A program made the position numbers and the translations under genes. The notes under the pieces were generated by a model. It did not search any database. It was not told where the DNA came from and saw only the letters and a list, made by a program, of their open reading frames with translations. From positions 1 to 62,785 of the forward strand of contig CAJUKM010000002.1 of NCBI GenBank assembly GCA_910587535.1: a stretch of 62,785 bases of DNA, given 5' to 3'. Source of the DNA: an uncultured Bacilli bacterium. GTDB taxonomy: Bacteria; Bacillota_I; Bacilli_A; RF39; UBA660. Below, piece by piece: positions 56,180 to 62,785 of the stretch. The first letter of the stretch is position 1; the number at the start of each line of letters is the position of its first letter.

Positions 56180-57745
56180 ATGCAAGAAAAAAACAAGAAA
56201 ACAATAATATTATTGGTATGTGCAATAACGATAGTATTAGCAGGAGCACTAGGTACATATGCCTATTTTGTGACTTCAGCAAGAGAAGAGAAACAGGAAT
56301 TGACTGTGACACTCGGTACACTAGCATTGACATTTGAAGATAATTCAGATGGAATAGCAGGTGAATTAACTTTAGGTGAAAGTATTTCTAAAGAATTTAA
56401 AATAAGAAATACTGGAACACAAGATGTCACGACCAATATGTTATTTAACGAGATGGTAAATACATATCTAAGTGAATCACTTTCATATACATTAGAATAT
56501 AGAACAAGTGAAGATGGAGAATGGATAGGAGTAGAGACAGTAAGTCAAAATGTACCGAGATCTGAAACTGCAAGTGACAAGAACCTTGCAAAAGATTTAA
56601 CAATACCAGCTGGAGAAACTTATTATTACAAACTGACTATAACGTTTAACAATTTAGATGATGTCGATCAGACACAGGATATAGGAGCGATATTCACAAG
56701 CAAGTTTAAAATAGGAGATACTTTAAAAGATGAAGAAAGTCTATCCGAGGAAACATTGAAATACTTGAATTTAACAGTTAACGAGGGAATTCCAAACTAT
56801 GCTGAGCCAGCAACAACAGACGAAGGAGTTTTTGCTTTAGAAGACGACTATGGAACTAGTTATTACTATCGAGGAGCAGTTACAAACAACTACGTAAAAT
56901 TCGCAGGGTTCTATTGGAGAATCATAAGAATCAATGGAGATGGTAGCTTAAGAATCATATATGATGGTTTACGAGGTTATGCGAATGGGACAGAAGATGA
57001 AGGAAGATTAGCATATACAGAAAAAGCATTCAATGCAAAGTATGATGATAATAAATATGTTGGATGGATGTTTGGAGGAGCTCAAGGAACAGAAAGTACA
57101 TCAAAAGCTCAGGCCCAAACGAATGAAACTGATTCAGACTTAAAGACATTAGTAGATTCATGGTATAAGACAAATATAGAAGATAAGAGTCTAGGAGATA
57201 AAGTAGCAGATGTGATATTCTGTAATGATAGATCTACTCCAGGAAAAGAAGAAACAGGATATTTGAGCGATACAGGATTAGGATATGGAAAGAACTCAAC
57301 GGCATATGGAGCAACAGCAAGAATGGGTGCTTGGAATAAAGATCTGAGCACAGTACAACCTCGTTTTACATGTCCGCAGAAGAACGATGCATTCACAGTA
57401 AGTGATGAAACAAAAGGTAATGGGGATCTCGCATATCCAGTAGGTTTGATTACAACAGATGAAACAATCGCAGCCGGAAGTGGAAAAAACTATGAAGCAA
57501 GTTTTAGTTTTTACTTATATAAGGGAAAACGCTACTGGTTATTCTCACCTTATTATTATTATGGCAGTTATGCTGGTATGTTCTATATAAATGGTGGTTT
57601 TGGTCTTTCATATGTCAACGAAACTGATGGAGCAGGCGCAGGTGGCGTTGCTCCAGTAATAAACTTGAAAGCTGAATACGTTAAAACCATGATAGGTGAC
57701 GGAACTATAAATGATCCTTATAGAGACGTAGCCGATACAGTTTAG
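56180..57745 (+). CDS. secreted protein, paralog 4 (closest to paralog 1 over its full length)
   Basis: Signal ...AGALGTYAYFVTS. N-domain ...LTVTLGTLALTFEDNSDGI...LGESISKEFKIRNTGTQDVTTNMLF. Conserved C-domain ending VAPVINLKAEYVKTMIGDGTINDPYRD. Confidence 0.8.
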   Translation: MQEKNKKTIILLVCAITIVLAGALGTYAYFVTSAREEKQELTVTLGTLALTFEDNSDGIAGELTLGESISKEFKIRNTGTQDVTTNMLFNEMVNTYLSESLSYTLEYRTSEDGEWIGVETVSQNVPRSETASDKNLAKDLTIPAGETYYYKLTITFNNLDDVDQTQDIGAIFTSKFKIGDTLKDEESLSEETLKYLNLTVNEGIPNYAEPATTDEGVFALEDDYGTSYYYRGAVTNNYVKFAGFYWRIIRINGDGSLRIIYDGLRGYANGTEDEGRLAYTEKAFNAKYDDNKYVGWMFGGAQGTESTSKAQAQTNETDSDLKTLVDSWYKTNIEDKSLGDKVADVIFCNDRSTPGKEETGYLSDTGLGYGKNSTAYGATARMGAWNKDLSTVQPRFTCPQKNDAFTVSDETKGNGDLAYPVGLITTDETIAAGSGKNYEASFSFYLYKGKRYWLFSPYYYYGSYAGMFYINGGFGLSYVNETDGAGAGGVAPVINLKAEYVKTMIGDGTINDPYRDVADTV

Positions 57746-57768
57746 AAGAGGTGTTATCCTCTTTTTTC
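57746..57768 (+). terminator. rho-independent terminator after paralog 4
   Basis: Stem aagagg (57746-57751) / cctctt (57758-57763), followed by a T-run. Confidence 0.7.
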
Positions 57769-57770
57769 GA

Positions 57771-57799
57771 TTGTAAAAATTAATTAGATAGAGTATAAT
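57771..57799 (+). promoter_or_regulatory. sigma-A type promoter for cse60-like/flippase genes
   Basis: TTGTAA (57771-57776), 17 nt, TATAAT (57794-57799). Confidence 0.6.
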
Positions 57800-57863
57800 G
57801 ATATCGTTACAAATTAAGACATTTTTTTTGCAGAAGAGACGCTATAATCTATGTGGTGATAAT

Positions 57864-58037
57864 ATGAAAGTTAAAGTGTTCGATGAAAGTCACGAAAAGG
57901 ATTTAGAGTTTGCGGTAAACGATTTCTTGAGTACTTTGGAATCAGATTTAATCGATATAAAATATAATGTCGCTATAAGTACGTGTGGAGAAGATCAAAT
58001 ATACTGTTTTTCAGCGATGATAATTTATGAAAGTTAG
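57864..58037 (+). CDS. Cse60/YteV-like small protein
   Basis: MKVKVFDESHEKDLEFAVNDFL...LIDIKYNVAIS..GEDQIYCFSAMIIYES matches the Cse60 family pattern (from memory). ATG 57864 follows ggtga. Confidence 0.65.
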   Translation: MKVKVFDESHEKDLEFAVNDFLSTLESDLIDIKYNVAISTCGEDQIYCFSAMIIYES

Positions 58038-58046
58038 TGATTTAAT

Positions 58047-59693
58047 ATGAAGAAAAGCGGTTTTGTCGAAGGAGCGGTAATCGCGACAATCGCAGTCATT
58101 ATAACTAAAATTCTCGGAATGCTATACGTCATTCCTTTTTACGATATAATAGGAACTAAAGGTGGAGCTCTTTATAGTTATGCCTATAATATTTATACGA
58201 TATTTTTGGGGATGTCCAGTGCCGGTATACCTACTGCTATTAGTAAAATAATAAGTGAATATAATACTCTCGGATTAGAAGAAGCTAAATACAGAACTTT
58301 TAATATCGGAAAAAAATTGATCGGTTATATCTCTATAGTAGGATTTTTGGTGATGTTCATATTTGCAGAATTGATGGCTACATTAATAATCGGAGATATG
58401 ACGGGAGGAAATACCGTTACAGATATCGCGTTCGTCATAAGGTGTATCAGTTTTGCAGTGTTAGTCATTCCTTATTTGAGTGTCACAAAAGGGTATATCC
58501 AAGGACACAGTATAGTAGGACCCTCAAGTGTCGGTGGAATTTTAGAACAAGTGATACGAATTTTTGTAATCCTGTCTGGAAGTTTTCTAGCATATAAAGT
58601 ATTTTCTCTTTCTTTAACCGTTGCTGTTGGAATAGCAGTGAGTGGAGCGTTCTTCGGAGGATTAGTTGCCTATTTATATTTGAGACATAAGATGAAAGTC
58701 AATAAAGAAGTTCTCGGAATAAAAGAATATAAGAAAAAGGATAAAGTCACCAATAAAGAGATAGGTCTCAAGATATTATCTTATTCTGTTCCTTTTATAA
58801 TAATAAACATCGCGACGAGCATCTACAATTTTACAGATATGGTCTTGATAATCAGAGGATTAGATATTTTGGGATTCAGTGCAGCGGATGCCGAGTTCAT
58901 CCAAAGTGCGATTACGACTTGGTCGAGCAAAATATGTATGATAATCAACTCGTTCGCCATGGGAATGAGTGTCAGTTTGATTCCGAACATAGTTTCATCT
59001 TTTGTCAAGAAAGATTGGAAAGAAGTAAACTATCGCATCAATAAGGCATATCAAATCATTCTGATCGTATCGATACCGTGTGGAGTAGGACTATGCATAT
59101 TATCTAAACCGGTATGGACAGTGTTCTATGGAATCAGTTCTTTTGGTCCTCAAGTATTATCTTTGATGGTAATGAGTGCTGTGTTTGCAAATCTCTATTC
59201 GATAACGTTCAACACTATGCAGTCTTTAAACAAATATAAGACGGTTTATCTGAGCGTAATTGCAGGATTTGGTGCGAATGCACTTCTCGATATTCCTCTC
59301 ATGCTGTTGTTCGATAAAATAGGACTACCGGCGTTTTGGGGTGCGATGAGTGCAACTATATTCGGTTATATCATATCTATGAAGATCGCCACTAGAGATT
59401 TAAAAAAGAATCATGGGATGTCTTTCTGGTCATCTTATAAGATGGCGTTTAAAATAGCAGTTCCAACGGTTTTGATGATCGTAGTACTTTTAACTTTAAA
59501 TCATTTTGTACCGTTTGATCCTTATACTAAGTTAGGATCTTTAGTAATGATAGTTACAGATGCCCTCGTCGGAGCTTCAGTGTATCTTTCTATATCTTAT
59601 AAAATGGGACTTTTCGATCAGATTTTTGGTAAAAAATATATCGCTAAGATAATTAAAAAACTTACCTTTGGAAAAGTAAGTTTAAGCGATTAA
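58047..59693 (+). CDS. MOP-superfamily flippase (YtgP/SpoVB/MurJ-like polysaccharide biosynthesis protein)
   Basis: 548 aa, about 14 TM segments. N-terminal ...GAVIATIAVIITKILGMLYVIPFYDIIG..G.ALYSYAYNIY... is typical of the YtgP/SpoVB family. Confidence 0.75.
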   Translation: MKKSGFVEGAVIATIAVIITKILGMLYVIPFYDIIGTKGGALYSYAYNIYTIFLGMSSAGIPTAISKIISEYNTLGLEEAKYRTFNIGKKLIGYISIVGFLVMFIFAELMATLIIGDMTGGNTVTDIAFVIRCISFAVLVIPYLSVTKGYIQGHSIVGPSSVGGILEQVIRIFVILSGSFLAYKVFSLSLTVAVGIAVSGAFFGGLVAYLYLRHKMKVNKEVLGIKEYKKKDKVTNKEIGLKILSYSVPFIIINIATSIYNFTDMVLIIRGLDILGFSAADAEFIQSAITTWSSKICMIINSFAMGMSVSLIPNIVSSFVKKDWKEVNYRINKAYQIILIVSIPCGVGLCILSKPVWTVFYGISSFGPQVLSLMVMSAVFANLYSITFNTMQSLNKYKTVYLSVIAGFGANALLDIPLMLLFDKIGLPAFWGAMSATIFGYIISMKIATRDLKKNHGMSFWSSYKMAFKIAVPTVLMIVVLLTLNHFVPFDPYTKLGSLVMIVTDALVGASVYLSISYKMGLFDQIFGKKYIAKIIKKLTFGKVSLSD

Positions 59694-60016
59694 ACCATGT
59701 ACATGTTATTGGCAGTATAATCGTTAGTAGGGCCTCCAGTAGTCAACTGTTCGCTTTCTAGTTTTGAAACTCTAGTATCGAGACGATTTATTTGACGTTC
59801 GATCTTAGCAAGGCGACTTTCGAGTTCGTTTGAATAATTGTCTTGATTTTGTTGACCGTACATCGGAGTCATAATCGGACCTTGATAAAAGTTACTACTA
59901 GATTCAGTTGCCATCGGATAAGCACCCATCATAGGATTTGTTGGGACCGGATTGGTCGGATAAAAGTAACTAGAAGCACTTTGATTTTGGAAAAATGCGT
60001 TTCTATCTTTTTTCAT
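59690..60016 (-). CDS. hypothetical protein (P/Q/N/Y-rich N-terminal half + short coiled coil)
   Basis: Strong RBS aaggagga 6 nt before the ATG. C-terminal ELESRLAKIERQINRLDTRVSKLESE heptads. Its end overlaps the flippase end by 4 nt (convergent). Confidence 0.6.
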   Translation of the reverse strand: MKKDRNAFFQNQSASSYFYPTNPVPTNPMMGAYPMATESSSNFYQGPIMTPMYGQQNQDNYSNELESRLAKIERQINRLDTRVSKLESEQLTTGGPTNDYTANNMYMV

Positions 60017-60072
60017 CTCATATCCTCCTTTATAATTATTATATGTTAAACTTTAGAAGTAGGTGATTAACT

Positions 60073-60705
60073 ATGCGTCTGAGAAACGTAAAAGATGCAA
60101 AAAACATTTTGAAAAACTCATCCTATTATATAGATGAGCCGGAAGCTTTAAAGACTCATTGGGGTGAAGAATTTGAAAATTCCAATCCTATAAAACTCGA
60201 AATAGGTATGGGTAAGGGAGATTTCATAATCGGAATGGCAAAATTGCATCCCGAATGGAATTTTATCGGAGTAGAAAAGTATGAAAGTGTCTTAGTTCGA
60301 GGAGTTCAGAAACTCGAATTAGAAGATCTCCCTAACGTACGAGTCATATGTGTAGATGCCAAAGAGATATCGAAGTATTTTTCTCGCGAGGTCGAAGAGG
60401 TTTACTTGAACTTCAGCGATCCTTGGCCAAAGAAGAGACACCATAAGAGAAGATTGACTTATGAAGACTTTTTAAAAGAGTACGATAAAATATTTAAAGA
60501 TAGAGCTCATATAGAGATGAAGACGGATAACGATTCACTTTTTGAAGGAACACTTGTGTATTTAAACAACTATGGCTATGTATTCGACGAAGTCATTTTA
60601 GATCTGTGGTCTAGTGAAAAAGAAAATGTAAAAACCGAGTACGAAGTTAAATTTTCAGAGTTAGGCTTTAAAATAAAATATATAGATGCTCATAAAGATC
60701 TTTAA
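60073..60705 (+). CDS. trmB: tRNA (guanine46-N7)-methyltransferase
   Basis: ...EIGMGKGDF...GVE..., ...NFSDPWPKKRHHKRRL.... Confidence 0.9.
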   Translation: MRLRNVKDAKNILKNSSYYIDEPEALKTHWGEEFENSNPIKLEIGMGKGDFIIGMAKLHPEWNFIGVEKYESVLVRGVQKLELEDLPNVRVICVDAKEISKYFSREVEEVYLNFSDPWPKKRHHKRRLTYEDFLKEYDKIFKDRAHIEMKTDNDSLFEGTLVYLNNYGYVFDEVILDLWSSEKENVKTEYEVKFSELGFKIKYIDAHKDL

Positions 60706-60720
60706 TTAGATAAAAAATTT

Positions 60721-60752
60721 AGAGAAAGTTAGAAAAACTTTCTCTTTTTTTT
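60721..60752 (+). terminator. rho-independent terminator after trmB
   Basis: 10-bp stem agagaaagtt (60721-60730) / aactttctct (60736-60745), followed by T8. Confidence 0.7.
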
Positions 60753-60767
60753 GTTCAATATAATTTG

Positions 60768-60816
60768 TTGACTTTTTAAAAGTTGTGATGTATTATTGTA
60801 TTAATGATGTAATACA
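60768..60816 (+). promoter_or_regulatory. promoter plus inverted-repeat operator of the ytrA-like operon
   Basis: TTGACT (60768-60773), 17 nt, TATTAT (60791-60796). A perfect inverted repeat follows immediately: tgtatta-N6-taataca (60797-60816). Confidence 0.5.
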
Positions 60817-60832
60817 AGTGTGGAGTGATGAT

Positions 60833-61198
60833 ATGGATTTTGAATTCGACAACGAACGACCGATATATTCTCAAATCGTAGAACAGTTCGAGATAAAAAT
60901 TGCTTCTGGGCGAATCGCTCCAGGAGAAAAAATAGAGTCCGTGAGAGAACTCGCAAGTCAGATGAAAGTTAATCCGAATACGATGCAAAAAGCGATGCAA
61001 GAACTAGAGAACGAAAAGCTTTTATTTACCGAGAGAACCAACGGAAGGTTTGTAACCGATGATAAGAACTTAATAAGGAAATATCGAGAAAAATATGCAC
61101 GAGATAAAACTATCAGATATCTCGAGTATATGAGGCAACTTGGATTTAAAGATAGTGAAACAAGCGAATATATAGAAAAAATTGGAGGAGATAAATGA
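60833..61198 (+). CDS. GntR-family transcriptional regulator (YtrA subfamily)
   Basis: ...PIYSQIVEQFEIKIASGRIAPGEKIESVRELASQMKVNPNTMQKAMQELE... with a short C-terminal domain. ATG 60833 follows ggagtg. Confidence 0.85.
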   Translation: MDFEFDNERPIYSQIVEQFEIKIASGRIAPGEKIESVRELASQMKVNPNTMQKAMQELENEKLLFTERTNGRFVTDDKNLIRKYREKYARDKTIRYLEYMRQLGFKDSETSEYIEKIGGDK

Positions 61199-61893
61199 TG
61201 GAATTGTTAGAATGTAAAAATCTTTGCAAAAGTTATGGCGAAAAGGAGGTTCTATCGAATATAAATTTGACGTTACCTCGAGGAAAGATCGTAGGACTTT
61301 TAGGAAAAAACGGAATGGGAAAGACTACACTTTTAAAAATCATAAACGACCTTTTAGTTCCCAGCAGTGGAGAAGTTTTAATAAACGGCAAAAGAGTGGG
61401 AATTGAAAGTAAAAAAGTCATCTCTTATTTGCCAGAGAGGACATACTTGGATAAAACGATGACTATAAGACAAGCTCTTTCTTTCTTCGAAGACTTTTAT
61501 GACGACTTCGATATAAAAAAGGCTAGAAGGCTTTTAAAAGATTTGGATCTATATGAAAGTCAAAAGATATCTAAGATGAGTAAGGGGATGCAAGAGAAGT
61601 TACAACTCATATTGGTAATCAGCAGAAATGCCCAGTTATATATCTTAGATGAGCCACTCGGTGGTGTAGATCCGGCGACGAGAGATTATATTCTCGATAC
61701 TATATTAAATAACTTCAACGAAGGAGCGAGTGTGATAATCTCCACTCATCTCATCTCCGATATAGAAAGAATTTTAGACGAAGTTATATTTATCGATAGA
61801 GGAAAAATAGCTCTAGTATCTGATACGGATTCTTTAAGAGAAAAAGAAAAATGTTCGATCGATGAAACGTTTAGGAGGATGTTCAAATGTTAG
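61195..61893 (+). CDS. ABC transporter ATP-binding protein
   Basis: Walker A GKNGMGKTT. Signature MSKGMQEKL. Walker B LYILDEP. ATGA overlap with the regulator gene. Confidence 0.9.
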   Translation: MMELLECKNLCKSYGEKEVLSNINLTLPRGKIVGLLGKNGMGKTTLLKIINDLLVPSSGEVLINGKRVGIESKKVISYLPERTYLDKTMTIRQALSFFEDFYDDFDIKKARRLLKDLDLYESQKISKMSKGMQEKLQLILVISRNAQLYILDEPLGGVDPATRDYILDTILNNFNEGASVIISTHLISDIERILDEVIFIDRGKIALVSDTDSLREKEKCSIDETFRRMFKC

Positions 61894-62678
61894 GAAAATT
61901 GTTAAAATATGATCTAAGTTATGTCTATAAAGTAGTAAATGTCTTTTATCTTTTAGCGATCGCTTTTGCGGTATTGACGCGAATATTTGGACTTTTCGAT
62001 AATTCCGTCATAATACACACTTTTGCTTGGATCTCGAGCGGAATTACGATCGCATTATTGTTTAGCATACTCATAAACACTATGATGAGATTGTGGAATA
62101 GGGTATTAAAAAACATGTATGGAGATGAATCTTATTTGACACATACTCTTCCAGTTTCTAAGACGAATATATATACTTCAAAATTTTTGAGTTCTGTAAT
62201 CAGTACGGTAAGTAGCATATTAGTCGTTTTACTAGTCATCTTTATAGCGTATTATTCTAAAGAGAATATGGAAACTTTAAAAGCTTTACTCAGCACAATA
62301 GCGAGATTATACGACACCTCTATAATCAATTTCATACTTACATTTTTTGTCGTTTTTGCTCTAGAATTTTTAGTAGTAATTCAAGCAGGTTTTACTGGTT
62401 TAATCTTAGGACATAGAGCTAACAGTGGCAAGATGGTTAAATCTATAATATATGGATTTGGATTATATCTTTTAACTATGTTTTTGGCACTTTTAGTAAT
62501 ATTCATTTTTGCTCTATTTAGAGATGATGTCATGAAACTTTTTACTATAAGTAACATAGTAAATTTAGATACTGTAAAATTTGTACTGTATGTGGGAATA
62601 GTTTTCTATTTAGTAGTCATAGTAATCTTTTTTGTAGCAGATATTTTGATATTTAAAAGAGGAGTAAACGTCGAATAA
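61887..62678 (+). CDS. ABC-2-type / hypothetical polytopic membrane protein of the ytrA-like operon
   Basis: 263 aa, 6 TM segments. Overlaps the ATPase gene by 7 nt. Confidence 0.6.
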   Translation: MLGKLLKYDLSYVYKVVNVFYLLAIAFAVLTRIFGLFDNSVIIHTFAWISSGITIALLFSILINTMMRLWNRVLKNMYGDESYLTHTLPVSKTNIYTSKFLSSVISTVSSILVVLLVIFIAYYSKENMETLKALLSTIARLYDTSIINFILTFFVVFALEFLVVIQAGFTGLILGHRANSGKMVKSIIYGFGLYLLTMFLALLVIFIFALFRDDVMKLFTISNIVNLDTVKFVLYVGIVFYLVVIVIFFVADILIFKRGVNVE

Positions 62679-62751
62679 TAGTAGGTCTTGAAAAAGTACC
62701 TAAAAAGTGGTAAATTATTAAGTAGAAAGTAGTAAGGCTAAACCTATAAAA

Positions 62752-62774
62752 AAACTTTCAAAACTTTAGTAAAA
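62752..62774 (+). repeat. 23-nt repeat copy B (aaactttcaaaactttagtAaaa)
   Basis: Matches 56067-56089. Here it lies 5 nt upstream of a TTGACA (62779-62784) at the window edge. Confidence 0.6.
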
Positions 62775-62785
62775 ACCCTTGACAA

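Noticed and set aside
1-62785. CRISPR arrays, rRNA genes, IS elements, integrases, prophage or genomic-island signatures, and obvious toxin-antitoxin or restriction-modification defence genes
   Set aside because: There are no regularly spaced repeats. No transposase or integrase motifs appear in any long ORF. No tRNA 3'-end duplications flank the tRNA genes. The accessory-looking genes are interspersed with core housekeeping genes.
1-62785. Alternative genetic code (TGA = Trp), as in Mycoplasmatales, considered because of the low GC and short SMC
   Set aside because: TGA terminates well-defined genes at family-typical lengths (for example pilC at 8891-8893 and the GT32 gene at 20398-20400). 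All conserved ORFs are intact under code 11.

Overview
This is a low-GC chromosomal segment that looks Bacillota-like. The standard genetic code applies, since TGA is used as a stop (for example at 8891-8893 and 20398-20400). Gene order partly echoes the Bacillus 'yt/ylb' regions: cse60, a ytgP-like flippase, trmB, a ytrA-like operon and ylbD/ylbE.

Housekeeping content:
- tRNA-Cys and tRNA-Arg
- P-type Ca2+/cation ATPase
- TcdA, MtaB and TrmB
- rnc-smc
- pyruvate:ferredoxin oxidoreductase
- endonuclease IV
- RecD2
- ParC

Surface content:
- A ~12 kb Wzx/Wzy-type polysaccharide locus (17.0-28.8 kb). It carries TagA-like and pyruvyl-transferase genes, an LCP ligase, a fused Wzz/BY-kinase and a CpsB phosphatase.
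- A partial type IV pilus/Com set: PilC, the PilD peptidase, and a distant pilin. No ATPase is in the window.

Most unusual content:
1. A four-copy family of secreted proteins (11791-13341, 13357-15153, 39615-41213, 56180-57745). Each combines a SipW/TasA-style signal peptide and a TasA/camelysin-like N-domain with a highly conserved two-cysteine C-terminal domain. The tandem pair is followed by a gene for an amidoligase-like protein that has its own consensus promoter.
2. A 955-aa protein built from many tandem sigma-70 region-4-like HTH modules, upstream of parC.
3. An in-frame VanZ-dUTPase fusion that depends on the length of an A7 tract.
4. A ZnuA/TroA-like lipoprotein that lacks the metal-binding histidines.
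5. A locally GC-rich structured leader upstream of tcdA.

I saw no CRISPR array, rRNA gene, transposase or integrase. All functional calls come from motif recognition by eye. No database search was run.
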